Of a DNA stretch of 64,000 nucleotides, positions 1-10,313 are shown piece by piece. A program made the position numbers and the translations under genes. Source of the DNA: Candidatus Giovannonibacteria bacterium RIFOXYD1_FULL_48_21 (lineage in GTDB: Bacteria; Patescibacteriota; Minisyncoccia; JACPKW01; UBA11713); NCBI GenBank assembly GCA_001778985.1, contig MFIU01000004.1, forward strand, positions 67,067 to 131,066, written 5' to 3'. The stretch's first letter is position 1, and each line of letters opens with the position of its first letter. The notes beneath the pieces are model-generated. The model had not been told where the DNA came from. It did no database searches and saw only the letters and a program-made list of their open reading frames with translations.

Positions 1-115
1 GCTGCGATAAAGCGCTTGCGGCGGCAGACTTTTCGGCCGCAGATGAATACGGGTTTCTCAAAACATTTGAAGCTCTGCTGGCCGCTTTTTTACCTGTTGT
101 TTTAGGATGTGCCAT
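1..115 (-). CDS. small hypothetical Ala/Ser-rich protein (partial, runs off window start)
   Basis: ATG at 115; reads MAHPKTTGKKAASRASNVLRNPYSSAAEKSAAASALSQ with no stop; divergent from lexA fusion. Confidence 0.6.
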   Translation of the reverse strand, partial: MAHPKTTGKKAASRASNVLRNPYSSAAEKSAAASALSQ

Positions 116-204
116 TGAATTACTTTTAAACTAATAAAATAGCGGTTACGACTATTCCGCAATTCAAGTTTATCGCATGCCGCCATAGATAGGCTGTGTA
201 TAAC

Positions 205-222
205 TGCTCGGGTTTTGCTCGG
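205..222. promoter_or_regulatory. candidate LexA operator (direct repeat TGCTCGG, 11-bp period)
   Basis: TGCTCGG-gttt-TGCTCGG just upstream of -10 TATACT (233-238) of the lexA fusion. Confidence 0.35.
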
Positions 223-244
223 TTGAATATGATATACTGACTAT

Positions 245-1699
245 ATGCTTACCCCTCGTCTAAAACAAATAAAGGATTACGTTGCCCATACTCTATCTAA
301 AAAAGGCATGGCGCCAACTGAACGTGAGATTGCTCGCCGGTTTAAGATTTCTCCATCTACTGCTCATGAGCATATAGAAATGTTGCAAGAAAGAGGATAT
401 CTAGAAAAAATCCAAAAGCGTGCGCGGGGTATTAGAATCTTAAAATCACCATCAACCCTTATACGCATCCCACTTCTGGGAACTATTGCTGCTGGGGAGC
501 CAATTCATGTATTTGAGGAACAAAAGGAAACAATTGCGGTACCGCAAAATAAGGTTCCGCGCCAAGGCGAAGTATATGCCTTACAAGTAATCGGGAATAG
601 CATGCTTGATGAAAATATCAAAGATGGAGATACTATTTTAATCAAAAAACAAAGTGTGGCCGAGAACGGGGAAAAAGTGGTCGCGCTTCTCAACGGCAAC
701 GAGGCAACGCTCAAAACTTTTTATAAAGAAAAAGGTCAAATAAGATTACAGCCGGCAAATAAGAATTATCAGCCAATTATAGTAAAGAGAGGTCAAGATT
801 TTTCTCTACAAGGAATTTTGTTTGATGTAATAAAAACTAGTGAAACAATCCAGCCAACACAAACTTTTGTTTTGCCCCCTGAAAAAGATTTTCAAGAAAG
901 AGGCAATGTTTCTGATTATCTAAATAAGGTTTATAACGGCGATATAATGCATGTTTTGAAAGATTTACCGGACAATAGCGTTAATATGATTTTTGGAGAT
1001 CCTGATTATAATGTCGGCATTAAATACGGAAGCAATAATTATACAAAAAATTTTGATGACTATATAAACTGGTATATAGAACTTACCAAAGAATCAATGC
1101 GCGTTCTCAAAAATGACGGTAATCTTTTTGTGATGAATTATCCGCAACAGAACGCCCACCTCCGTGTTAAGTATTTGGATTTACAATTCCCGCATATTAA
1201 CGAATATGTTTGGGTCTATAATACGAATGTAGGACATACTCCAAAAAGATTTACAACGGCACACCGAAGCATACTACATGTCAGAAAAAATGCTGATAAT
1301 AAATTTTTCAAAGACGAGGTTGCGCTCCCATACAAAAATCTGGCAGACAGAAGAATCCGTCAGAATTTGGCAAATGGATCAAAGGGGAGAATGCCTTATT
1401 CTTGGTTTGAGTTTAATCTTGTAAAAAATGTGAGCAAGGAAAAAACTTATCACGCCTGCCAAATTCCGCAAAAATTAACAGAAATGTTAATTAAAGCGGC
1501 GACCAAGCCAAAAGATATAGTTTTAGTTCTTTTTGGTGGTAGTGGCGCGGAAATAGATGTCTGCAGAAGCTTAAATCGTCAATTTATTTCCGCCGAGATA
1601 GACAAAAAATACTGTGACATTATAAACACTCGCTTGGCAAATGGCTTTATCGCACCAGAGCATAAACTATTTAGAGGACGAAAAAGAATTGAAAATTAA
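245..1699 (+). CDS. lexA: LexA repressor fused to amino (N4-C/N6-A) DNA methyltransferase, beta class
   Basis: N-terminal wHTH (PTEREIA), IAAG cleavage site, GNSM Ser and TLK Lys; C-terminal GDPDY (motif IV) followed by FGGSG (motif I). Confidence 0.9.
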   Translation: MLTPRLKQIKDYVAHTLSKKGMAPTEREIARRFKISPSTAHEHIEMLQERGYLEKIQKRARGIRILKSPSTLIRIPLLGTIAAGEPIHVFEEQKETIAVPQNKVPRQGEVYALQVIGNSMLDENIKDGDTILIKKQSVAENGEKVVALLNGNEATLKTFYKEKGQIRLQPANKNYQPIIVKRGQDFSLQGILFDVIKTSETIQPTQTFVLPPEKDFQERGNVSDYLNKVYNGDIMHVLKDLPDNSVNMIFGDPDYNVGIKYGSNNYTKNFDDYINWYIELTKESMRVLKNDGNLFVMNYPQQNAHLRVKYLDLQFPHINEYVWVYNTNVGHTPKRFTTAHRSILHVRKNADNKFFKDEVALPYKNLADRRIRQNLANGSKGRMPYSWFEFNLVKNVSKEKTYHACQIPQKLTEMLIKAATKPKDIVLVLFGGSGAEIDVCRSLNRQFISAEIDKKYCDIINTRLANGFIAPEHKLFRGRKRIEN

Positions 1700-2520
1700 C
1701 GAAAGTCAGGCGACAAAAGAGGATAAGTTTCAAAAAGACCCTTGATTTTTGGAAGTGGGGCCATGCCGGAGGGCGGTCGAGCAAACGCACCGGCAAATTT
1801 TGCGAGAGATCGGCGGTTTAATAAAACTGCTACCAGATGAGTGAAAGTTAGCAGGGTATTCACTCGTCCATAATCATGTTGCGCGTTTTCGTGTCCTAGT
1901 GTGTGCATTTTTACATCTTCATTAAGAGCTAAAACATCTAGGAAATATAAAAATACATCAACAGGAACGCCGCCAACTTCGGGAAGGCGTTTTTTAAGCA
2001 CGGCTAAAGATAATTTTGGCGGAATATACCTCCATTTATTTTCTTGATTTCGCTTATGGTCCAACATAAAAGCCATTCGGAATATAAGCATGCCCAAAAG
2101 TTCTAATCCAAACATATCCGCCCGCATAAGATGTTCAATTTGTTCGAATAATGCCCCAAAAGTTAAATCATTACCAACTTTTTTTCCTTTTGTCATTATA
2201 AAAGGGTTCATGTCGTTTTTATTATTCGTAGTTTCTCCTGTTATATAATGTTTCCGTTTGAAATCAGGGGCAGCTTCTTTCCCGGGTTTACCAACGGCAA
2301 TCACAAAATCGCCACTTTTATAAATTTCAGTCATCTTTCTTTTTTCTTGATTTTTACCTTTCGGGAACGCTATTGCTTCTTTCAACATTTCTGCGCGGCG
2401 AGATCTTGCGAATGGACTTAATTTAAGCCCCGCTGTAAGTGCTAACTCCTTATTGATAGCCGAAATATCTTTTTCAGATATGCCCAGCTTCAAATAAAAT
2501 TTCTTTGTTATTGTTTCCAT
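1696..2520 (-). CDS. putative restriction endonuclease partner of the methyltransferase
   Basis: Convergent and overlapping with the MTase, AT-rich; ATG at 2520 (longer ORF runs into tRNA); function inferred from context. Confidence 0.55.
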   Translation of the reverse strand: METITKKFYLKLGISEKDISAINKELALTAGLKLSPFARSRRAEMLKEAIAFPKGKNQEKRKMTEIYKSGDFVIAVGKPGKEAAPDFKRKHYITGETTNNKNDMNPFIMTKGKKVGNDLTFGALFEQIEHLMRADMFGLELLGMLIFRMAFMLDHKRNQENKWRYIPPKLSLAVLKKRLPEVGGVPVDVFLYFLDVLALNEDVKMHTLGHENAQHDYGRVNTLLTFTHLVAVLLNRRSLAKFAGAFARPPSGMAPLPKIKGLFETYPLLSPDFR

Positions 2521-2582
2521 ATTATTTGATAAGATACGAGATGTCTTTTTTATAAACCTCTGCAAATTTGCTTTTTCCCAAC

Positions 2583-2672
2583 TGGCGGAGAGGGCGAGAT
2601 TCGAACTCGCGATGGGATTTCTCCCATACTTGCTTTCCAAGCAAGCGCACTAGGCCACTATGCGACCTCTCC
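2583..2672 (-). tRNA. tRNA-Ser(GGA)
   Basis: Cloverleaf GGAGAGG..., anticodon arm CTTGC-TT-GGA-AA-GCAAG, long variable arm, TTCGAAT, CCA end. Confidence 0.97.
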
Positions 2673-2684
2673 AATTCTGAAACA

Positions 2685-3356
2685 TTATCTCGAAACGTTC
2701 TTCCTGGCAATAACGGCGACGCGCGAGAGATTCGCCGGAAAATCATCAGCCGTAAGCCGGAGGGTCCGAATATCGCTAAGCCCTGAATCGCGGCAAATCC
2801 GGCGAATTTCGTCCAAAGAATGGGGCTTAAATTTATAGACCATCGCCAAGACCGCGCCAGCCGGATTTCGCCTCACTCCCAAATTCAAAAACATTCCGCC
2901 GGGGCGAAGGAGCGAGGCTAAGCGCGGGATAACGACTTCGACTGGAACGTGCTCCAAGGCGCCGCTGGTAATCACGGCGTCGAAAAAATCAGGCGGGACG
3001 TTGAACGCCTGTTTGGTGTAAAAATCGTCCAAAATTTCCGGCGTATTCAAATCGTTTTGGAAAAGACGCACGTTATCAATTCCCTCTTCTTGAGTGAGAA
3101 GCGCCATCTCGCGGAGCATGCGGCGGTCAATGTCAGAAGCATAAATTTCAATATCTGGAAAACGCTTGGCGAGATAAAGCGCCACGAGTCCAGTGCCGGC
3201 GCCGGCGTCGAGAACCTTGCTTCCTTTTGAAAAAGAAAAATCAACGCGCTCGAGAAAATTTTCCACGCCCCGCTTAAAACCCGTGAGGGTAAGAAAAGCG
3301 TCGTAGACGTTCGCGAGCGAACCATATTGAGAACGAGGAGCGGAGTTTTGGCTCAT
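2685..3356 (-). CDS. class I SAM-dependent methyltransferase
   Basis: VLDAGAGTG motif I; LLRPGG motif. Confidence 0.85.
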   Translation of the reverse strand: MSQNSAPRSQYGSLANVYDAFLTLTGFKRGVENFLERVDFSFSKGSKVLDAGAGTGLVALYLAKRFPDIEIYASDIDRRMLREMALLTQEEGIDNVRLFQNDLNTPEILDDFYTKQAFNVPPDFFDAVITSGALEHVPVEVVIPRLASLLRPGGMFLNLGVRRNPAGAVLAMVYKFKPHSLDEIRRICRDSGLSDIRTLRLTADDFPANLSRVAVIARKNVSR

Positions 3357-4252
3357 AGCGACATCTCACGCAATCTTTTTACGCGCTCCTTTATCGGCGG
3401 GTGGGTCATAAAAAGTTTCGCGAACCAGCCGACGGTGTTTTTCTTTCCCTGATACGGGTCGTCGAGCCACAAATGGGCTGTGGCGTGATTGGCTTGGCGC
3501 ATCGGAGTATTGTCATGCGCCAGCTTTTCCAAAGCCGAGGCCAGGCCGTCGGGATATCGCGTCAGCAACACCCCGGAAGCGTCAGCCAGAAACTCCCGCT
3601 TTCTCGAAACTGCCAACTGAATTAAAATCCCCGCGATCGGAGCCAAAATCGCGAGAACGATTCCAACCAGAAGAAAAATAGCTGAAGCCTGCCCCTCCCG
3701 GTCATTCCTGCCTCTCCACCAGATTGAGCGCAAAAATATGTCCGAGAGAAGCTGAACCACTCCCACCAGCACCACGACCACGGTCGAAACCAGCATATCG
3801 CGGTTTCCGATGTGGCTCATCTCGTGCGCCAAAACACCCTCGAGCTCGGCGCGGTTCATAATTTTCAAAATGCCGCTAGTAACCGCCACAACCGCGTGCT
3901 CGGGGTCGCGGCCGGTGGCAAAGGCGTTCGGCTGGGGAGAATCAACCAGATAAATTTTTGGCTTGGGAATGCCGGCAGTAATCGCGAGGTTTTCTACAAT
4001 ATTATGAACTTCAGGCGCGGCTGAATTCGGAAGCGGCCGCGCTCCGGTAGTGGCGATGACGATTTTATCCGAGTACCAATACGAGGCGAGGCTCATCAAA
4101 ATGCTCAAACCGAAGGCAAAAATAAAAATAACGGGATTGCCGTAAATTCTTGAGAAAGCCCAGCCCAGAGTGGTTACGATAATCAAAAAAATCGCAATCA
4201 AAAGCCAAGTCTTGCGGATGTTTGAATCCTTATGAGTCCAGATTGTCGCCAT
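3353..4252 (-). CDS. htpX: zinc metalloprotease HtpX (M48)
   Basis: PNAFATGR, AHEMSH, REFLAD, THPP motifs; adjacent to lemA. Confidence 0.95.
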   Translation of the reverse strand: MATIWTHKDSNIRKTWLLIAIFLIIVTTLGWAFSRIYGNPVIFIFAFGLSILMSLASYWYSDKIVIATTGARPLPNSAAPEVHNIVENLAITAGIPKPKIYLVDSPQPNAFATGRDPEHAVVAVTSGILKIMNRAELEGVLAHEMSHIGNRDMLVSTVVVVLVGVVQLLSDIFLRSIWWRGRNDREGQASAIFLLVGIVLAILAPIAGILIQLAVSRKREFLADASGVLLTRYPDGLASALEKLAHDNTPMRQANHATAHLWLDDPYQGKKNTVGWFAKLFMTHPPIKERVKRLREMSL

Positions 4253-4254
4253 AC

Positions 4255-4815
4255 TTAAAACGAAACTTTGACTGGTTCGCGCTCGGCCGGGGTTTCGTCG
4301 AGGTCGAAAAATTCTTCTTTCTTGAAGCCGAAAGCTCCGGCCACGAGGTTCGAAGGAAAGATTTCGATTTTATTGTTCAGTTCCAGCACATTGGAGTTGA
4401 AAAAACGCCGCGCGGCCTGAATTTTGTTTTCGGTGTCAGAGAGTTCCCGCTGAAGTTCGAGAAAATTCGTATTGGCTTTAAGCTCCGGATAAGCCTCGGC
4501 AATAGCAAAAATGCTTTTGAGCGCTCCGGTCAGCATATTCTCTTTAACCGCCTGCTCATGAGCTGTTCCTCCGCCTTTCAAAGCCTCGGCGCGAGCTTTC
4601 GTAACGTTTTCAAAAGCGGATTGCTCGTGCTTGGCGTAGCCTTTCACGGTCTGAACCAGGTTAGGAATCAAATCATATCTTCGCTTCAATTGAACCTCAA
4701 TGTCTGACCAGGCTTCTTTCGCGCGGTTTTTCAGCGTAATCAGCCGGTTATACGCCAAAATCAGCCAAAGAATAACTACCGCCACCACTCCTAAAATAAT
4801 CCAAAGAGTTGTCAT
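4255..4815 (-). CDS. lemA: LemA family protein
   Basis: N-terminal TM; VQLKRRYDLIPNLV, EAYPELKAN. Confidence 0.95.
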   Translation of the reverse strand: MTTLWIILGVVAVVILWLILAYNRLITLKNRAKEAWSDIEVQLKRRYDLIPNLVQTVKGYAKHEQSAFENVTKARAEALKGGGTAHEQAVKENMLTGALKSIFAIAEAYPELKANTNFLELQRELSDTENKIQAARRFFNSNVLELNNKIEIFPSNLVAGAFGFKKEEFFDLDETPAEREPVKVSF

Positions 4816-4841
4816 CTATTTCATTATACTACAAATCGGAT

Positions 4842-5408
4842 TCAAGCGTAAGTCGGAGGTTTTTCTTGAGCGCCTCTTTGGTGCGCGATGAGGCGCGCCA
4901 GGGCGTATAAAGCGCTCGAAAGCCGGTTCAAATATTTTCGCGCGTTCTCACTAACCGCTGCGGGATTTTTTTCGGCATAGTTAAGCAGAGCGCGCTCGGC
5001 GCGGCGCGCGAGAGCCCGCGCGAAATCGCACCAAGCGCCGAGTTCCACCTCGCCCGCCACCCTAAACTCGGCGACGGGCGGAATCTCTTTTTCAATCGCC
5101 CTGATAAGCGCCTCTAGTTTGCGAACCGCAAATTCCCCCAGATGTTTATCCGCGCCGGCCAATTGGGCCTGCACGATAAAAAGCGCCTCTTGAAACTCGC
5201 GGAAAATTCCTGCCGCCGAAATCACTTTGCCCTCGAGATTGAAAGCGACATCTTTGCTCCGGCTGCGGCATAGGCCCAAGAGAGAATTCAGCTCGTCCAT
5301 CGTTCCCAAAGCTTCAAAAACAGGGTTAGTTTTCGAAAGCCGCTCTCCAGGTTTGGAAGAGAAGAGATTGGTTTCTCCTTTATCTCCCTTCCCGGTGTAG
5401 AGCATCAA
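4842..5408 (-). CDS. PduO-type cob(I)alamin adenosyltransferase
   Basis: YTGKGDKGET, GTMDELNS, RRAER, YLNRLSS motifs. Confidence 0.92.
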   Translation of the reverse strand: MMLYTGKGDKGETNLFSSKPGERLSKTNPVFEALGTMDELNSLLGLCRSRSKDVAFNLEGKVISAAGIFREFQEALFIVQAQLAGADKHLGEFAVRKLEALIRAIEKEIPPVAEFRVAGEVELGAWCDFARALARRAERALLNYAEKNPAAVSENARKYLNRLSSALYALARLIAHQRGAQEKPPTYA

Positions 5409-7672
5409 GCCGCGATTTCAATCTCGCACACTCCGGCCACGCAGGCGAGCTCCTGCTTAACGTCGGATTCGTCCTCTTTTTCATAGGTGACTATCTTGGA
5501 AAAATCCAGGTGCGCGACTTTCCGGCTAAGCGCTTCATAGGTTTTTTCGTCAATCGCTTCGTACGGAGCGAGTTGGTAGACATAGTTCGTCCGCGGCAAA
5601 AAGGAAAGTCCGCCGACCAAATCCCAATTTTCGTACACCCAGTTGGCGACGCTAATCCATTCATCGTCTCCGACCGAAATGGTCACGGAAGGATTGTGTT
5701 CGGTGTAATGTTTCTTGACCATTTTCCAGTGCTCCAGCTGTTCGAGCGCGCTCAAGTCGTCGCGGAAGATTCCGCCTTCCGGAGCTTTGACCGGAAATTC
5801 CAGCACATATGTATTCGCGCCGTCTTTCGGCTGTCCCACCTCCGGATGATACGGTATCCCCTGGTCGCGGAGCATTTTGAACAAAGAGTCGGTCGCCGAG
5901 ATGCGCACCCGCCGGACATAGTATTGGGAATGGCGGGGATGCATGCCGGAAGCGGAATCAACCAGCTGGGAAACGGTGCCGGACGGCTTAACGCAGGTAA
6001 TCGTCGCTGAACGCCTGACCCCGAAACGCGTGGCGTATTCTTCGTTCGTCCGGAGCGCCTCGTTTTTCATTTTTTCGAGCATTTCCGGCGTCCGGACGGC
6101 CGGCGAATCCCACTGGCCGGTGATGGAAACGCCCAAGAGCCGGTCCTCTTCGCAATTTTTCTTCCATTCCGGAGAAAGATATTGAAAATCCGTAAGAGTG
6201 GACTGGTAGGTTCCAAGAATAGTGGCGAGCCGCGTCTTTCGCAAAAGCGTTTCTTCGTTGTCTTCCGCCCGGGCGATGATTTCCGTGAGGTTGCAGAACT
6301 GTTTCGGCTTCAAAATAATCTCGCCGCACGGATTCGTTCCCCATTGGATATCTTCATCTTTTACCTTTTCCCAGCGACGAGGCGGCATCGTGTATTGAAG
6401 ATTTTCGCGGTTAAAAATTCCCCGCTCCCCGGAACCGCTTTTGGCCAGCGCCAGCCATTCTTCCATAAATTCTTCGGTCGCGGGCTTTTGGTTGTAGACT
6501 GTGGAATTGTTCGCCAATGACAGCTGGGTGTCGGTGAGATAAAACTGCCCTTTTTTGGCGTCCCTCATTTCAACATCGTCAAGGTCGGAAAGCGAAATAA
6601 GGGCGCTCCGCCTTACGCCGCCGGCGACGACGCATTCGCCGATTTTGCAGATGATGTCGTGCGCGGCGCGGTTGGAAAGCCGCCGGCCTTGATATTTTAA
6701 AATCCGGGCGCGCGTAAATTCCAAAAGCTGGCGCAAAGGTTCGGGTCCGGAACTTTTCCCGCCCATGGTCTTAAGCCTGGCGCCCGCGGGCCGGAGCTTG
6801 GAAAAATCGAACTTGACGTCGTTTCCGTCGTACCAGGTCTGCATTCCGAAAGTCAAGGCGTCGGCCCAGCCCTCGCGGCTGTCCTCAACGACATAATTCA
6901 GAAGCTCTCTGCCGCCCTGCCTTTTGATTTGCGGCAAAGCTTGGATGTTTTGACTTTCCACCGAGAACCCGACCCCTGCCCCGCACATGAGAATATAGAG
7001 AATTTCCGCGAAATCTTGAATGGTTCTGGGCGCAGTGTAAGAACAATTGTAGGCGCAGACGTTAGTTTTTCGCGCCGCCTTGCCCGCGAACTGCATGAGC
7101 CGCATGGAAGGCATCACTTCTTGTTTTAAAATCGCCTCCCGGAGTTCTTCGTATTCCGCCTCCGAGAGCCGGTCCGCCAGGTTCTCTTTCATGAAGTTAA
7201 GGTAACGCCCGACGGTTTCGATCCACGTTTCCCGCCGGCCTTCTTCTTCGATCCAGCGCGCGTAAGAACGGTAGAAAACAAATTCCGAGAGAGGGTTTCT
7301 GAAATATTTTTTGCTTTCGCTAACCAGCTGACGCACATGCTCCGGAACCGCGCCGCGTTCCCGGCGGATTTCAGCCCGCTTTTCGCGGTAAAGAATGTAG
7401 GCCTTGGCCGTCTTCGCGAACCCTTGATAAATAAGTTCTTCTTCCGCCAAATCCTGCACCATCTCGACATGCGGCAGGAAGTCGCCGTTGCGGCTGACTT
7501 TTTTGAGCTTCAAAAGATCTCTATAGACGAGCTCTGAAATTTTATCGGCTTCAGCCTCGCCTGCTTCGCCGGTCGCGTAAAACGCCCGCGCCACCGCCTG
7601 CGTAATTTTTTTAATGTTGAAAGGCGCAATCTGGCCGTCGCGTTTGCGGATTTGGATTAGGGATGGAACCAT
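5405..7672 (-). CDS. nrdJ: class II adenosylcobalamin-dependent ribonucleotide reductase with N-terminal ATP cone
   Basis: IRKRDG ATP cone, NPCGEI, VKPSGTVSQL, C-terminal CVAGVC; start taken at ATG 7672. Confidence 0.92.
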   Translation of the reverse strand: MVPSLIQIRKRDGQIAPFNIKKITQAVARAFYATGEAGEAEADKISELVYRDLLKLKKVSRNGDFLPHVEMVQDLAEEELIYQGFAKTAKAYILYREKRAEIRRERGAVPEHVRQLVSESKKYFRNPLSEFVFYRSYARWIEEEGRRETWIETVGRYLNFMKENLADRLSEAEYEELREAILKQEVMPSMRLMQFAGKAARKTNVCAYNCSYTAPRTIQDFAEILYILMCGAGVGFSVESQNIQALPQIKRQGGRELLNYVVEDSREGWADALTFGMQTWYDGNDVKFDFSKLRPAGARLKTMGGKSSGPEPLRQLLEFTRARILKYQGRRLSNRAAHDIICKIGECVVAGGVRRSALISLSDLDDVEMRDAKKGQFYLTDTQLSLANNSTVYNQKPATEEFMEEWLALAKSGSGERGIFNRENLQYTMPPRRWEKVKDEDIQWGTNPCGEIILKPKQFCNLTEIIARAEDNEETLLRKTRLATILGTYQSTLTDFQYLSPEWKKNCEEDRLLGVSITGQWDSPAVRTPEMLEKMKNEALRTNEEYATRFGVRRSATITCVKPSGTVSQLVDSASGMHPRHSQYYVRRVRISATDSLFKMLRDQGIPYHPEVGQPKDGANTYVLEFPVKAPEGGIFRDDLSALEQLEHWKMVKKHYTEHNPSVTISVGDDEWISVANWVYENWDLVGGLSFLPRTNYVYQLAPYEAIDEKTYEALSRKVAHLDFSKIVTYEKEDESDVKQELACVAGVCEIEIAA

Positions 7673-7683
7673 GATTGCTTTTT

Positions 7684-8211
7684 TCAGTTCTGGGGGCATA
7701 TTTCAAGAGCGGCCTTAGGAGTGGTCACTGATTTTGGATTCGCGGCCACCCAGCGGTAGAGCGCCGGGCTTATGAGCGCGGCAAAAATCGTATTGCCTAA
7801 AAGGTGCCGGGCGGTAAAAGGAATCTGCCCGATAAGCGCCGCCATAAACGGCTGGCCGAAAAAAATAGGGCCGATAGTGAGCCCGGTTAAAGCGTCGTAT
7901 AGTATCGTTCCTCCCACGGCAAAAAGGGAATAATTGAGGGCGGAACTCTCGCGATTCTTGAAAAATAAAGCGGCCAGAATCCCCAGAAGGCCGTAAGCAA
8001 AAGCCGTAACCCATGTCCAGACCCCGATTCCCGAGGTAAAAAGGTCGTAGATGACCATATTAGCGAACGCGAAACAAAAACCCGCCGCCGCCCCGTAGCG
8101 CTTGCTAAAAGGCATCTGAGCCGTAAGCACCGGTTCGATATTGGCGGGACGAAAAGGAATCAAACGCACCAAAAAAACAAGCAGCCATCCAGCAAAAAAC
8201 TTCTTGACCAT
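7684..8211 (-). CDS. ECF-type S-component membrane transporter, probably cobalamin
   Basis: About 6 TM helices, RLIPFRPANIEP motif; co-oriented directly upstream of nrdJ and the adenosyltransferase. Confidence 0.7.
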   Translation of the reverse strand: MVKKFFAGWLLVFLVRLIPFRPANIEPVLTAQMPFSKRYGAAAGFCFAFANMVIYDLFTSGIGVWTWVTAFAYGLLGILAALFFKNRESSALNYSLFAVGGTILYDALTGLTIGPIFFGQPFMAALIGQIPFTARHLLGNTIFAALISPALYRWVAANPKSVTTPKAALEICPQN

Positions 8212-8278
8212 GGTAATGATATTTTACCCGTAGAATTTTCCGCCAACAATGGCTTTCCTGTGCAAAACCGCCTCGGGT

Positions 8279-9922
8279 TCAGTAATCCTCGTGGGGCATT
8301 GGCCCCGCCGCGGCGGGATTCTCTTTTTTTGGAAGTTCGGCCACGATAACTTCCGTGGTCAAGAGCATGGCCGAAGCTGAAGCCGCGTTTTGGAGAGCCG
8401 AGCGGGTAACTTTTTTTGGGTCCACGATGCCGGCTTGTATCAAATCCTCATATTTTCCGGTGGCGGCGTTGTAGCCTAAATTATCTTTCAGTTTTAACAC
8501 CTCTTCCGTCACCACCGCGCCCGAAACCCCGGCGTTTTCCGCGATTTGCCAGAGGGGTTTCATAATGGCTAGCCTCAGAATTTCAATTCCGGTAACCTCG
8601 TCGCGATCCTGGCTCCTGGAATCTGTTTTCACGAGCATTTCATCCAATACTTTCGCCGCCCGGACCAGCGCCACGCCTCCGCCCGGCACGATTCCTTCTT
8701 CAATCGCGGCTTTGGTGGCCGAAATCGCGTCCTCAATCCGATGCTGTTTTTCTTTCTGCTCCACTTCGGTGGCCGCCCCAACCCTAATCACCGCCACGCC
8801 TCCGGAAAGTTTCGCCAATCTTTCTTCCAATTTCTCGCGGTCATAGTCCGAGTCGGTTTTTTCAATCAAAGCCTTGAGCTGTTTCATCCGTTTTTCAATG
8901 TCGCCCTTCTCACCTTGGCCGCCTACCAGCGTCGTGTTCTCTTTGGCGGCGATAACTTTCTTGGCGTGCCCCAACATGGCCAGTTCGGCTTTCTCGAGTT
9001 TCAATCCGGCTTTTTCCGAAATAACTTTGCCGCCGGTAACCACCGCGACATCTTCCAGCATTTCTTCCCGGCGGTCGCCGTAGCCCGGAGCTTTGACCGC
9101 CAAGACATTAAAGGTTCCGCGAATTTTGTTCACGACGAAAGTGGCCAAGGCTTCGCCCTCAACGTCCTCGGCGATAATCACAAGTTCCTTTTTGCCTTTC
9201 TGCGCCACCTTCTCCAAAAGCGGCAAAATTTCCTGGATGGAAGAAATTTTCTTGTCCGTGATTAAAATATCCACGTTTTCATAAACCGCTTCCATGCGTT
9301 CGGCGTTCGTAACCATATAGTGCGAGATGTAGCCGCGGTCAAACTGCAGACCTTCCACAATTTCGTAGGAAAGGCCGAAAGTCTGCGACTCTTCCACTGT
9401 AACCACGCCGTCCTTGCCGACTTTATGAATCACTTCGGCAATTCTCTCGCCGATCTCCGCGTCTTTGGCGGAGATGGTGGCCACCTGCGCGATGTCTTCC
9501 TTTTTTTCGCCCACCGGAATCGCGAGTTTTGCCAGATACTCCACCACGGCTTGGCTGGCTTTCTCAATACCGCGCTTCAAACCCATCGGGTTCGCTCCGG
9601 CGGCGATATTCTTAAGGCCTTCGGTGACGATGGCTTGAGCCAGCAAAGAGGCCGTAGTCGTTCCGTCGCCGGCCACATCGTTGGTCTTTGAAGCAACTTC
9701 TTTCACAATCTCCGCGCCCAAATTTTCGAGCTTATTCGGGAGTTCAATTTCCTTGGCAATCGTAACCCCGTCGTTGGTAATCGTGGGCGCGCCGAAACTT
9801 TTCTCCAGAACCACGTTCCGGCCCTTAGGCCCGAGGGTTATTTTCACGGCGTTCGCCACCTGGTCCACCCCGCGCTTCAAGGCTTCGCGCGCTTCGATGT
9901 TAAAAACAATTTGTTTTGGCAT
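8279..9922 (-). CDS. groL: chaperonin GroEL
   Basis: [24 protein letters not shown]. Confidence 0.99.
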   Translation of the reverse strand: MPKQIVFNIEAREALKRGVDQVANAVKITLGPKGRNVVLEKSFGAPTITNDGVTIAKEIELPNKLENLGAEIVKEVASKTNDVAGDGTTTASLLAQAIVTEGLKNIAAGANPMGLKRGIEKASQAVVEYLAKLAIPVGEKKEDIAQVATISAKDAEIGERIAEVIHKVGKDGVVTVEESQTFGLSYEIVEGLQFDRGYISHYMVTNAERMEAVYENVDILITDKKISSIQEILPLLEKVAQKGKKELVIIAEDVEGEALATFVVNKIRGTFNVLAVKAPGYGDRREEMLEDVAVVTGGKVISEKAGLKLEKAELAMLGHAKKVIAAKENTTLVGGQGEKGDIEKRMKQLKALIEKTDSDYDREKLEERLAKLSGGVAVIRVGAATEVEQKEKQHRIEDAISATKAAIEEGIVPGGGVALVRAAKVLDEMLVKTDSRSQDRDEVTGIEILRLAIMKPLWQIAENAGVSGAVVTEEVLKLKDNLGYNAATGKYEDLIQAGIVDPKKVTRSALQNAASASAMLLTTEVIVAELPKKENPAAAGPMPHEDY

Positions 9923-9923
9923 A

Positions 9924-10229
9924 TTATTCTTCGATTATTGCTAAAATATCTTCTTCTTTGGCGATAAGATATTCTTTCTCGTCAATTTTTATCTCAGTCG
10001 GGCCGTATTTGGAGAAAAGAACTTTTTGACCTTTCTGGACCGCGAGCGGGACAAGTTTTCCTTCGTCAGTCCTCCGGCCTTCGCCCACTTCCAGCACCCG
10101 ACCCTGCTCCGGCCGCTCTTTCTCGGCCGTATCCGGAATCACGATGCCGGATTTGGTTTTGCCTTCTTTTTCTTCGGGGCTCAAAGGTTCGATTAAAACC
10201 CTGTCCCCCAACGGCTTTAGCTTTAACAT
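9924..10229 (-). CDS. groS: co-chaperonin GroES
   Basis: [23 protein letters not shown]. Confidence 0.99.
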   Translation of the reverse strand: MLKLKPLGDRVLIEPLSPEEKEGKTKSGIVIPDTAEKERPEQGRVLEVGEGRRTDEGKLVPLAVQKGQKVLFSKYGPTEIKIDEKEYLIAKEEDILAIIEE

Positions 10230-10313
10230 ATAAATATAATGCTAATCTACTAATTTATCCGAATGACACGAATATTCGCCGCATTCGCATATCATTCGTG
10301 GATTTGAATCATA

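Noticed and set aside
2521-2640. N-terminal extension of the 314-aa ORF
   Set aside because: Overlaps tRNA-Ser; ATG 2520 is the plausible start
8212-8278. Cobalamin riboswitch upstream of the B12 operon
   Set aside because: Only 67 nt available and no B12-box motif
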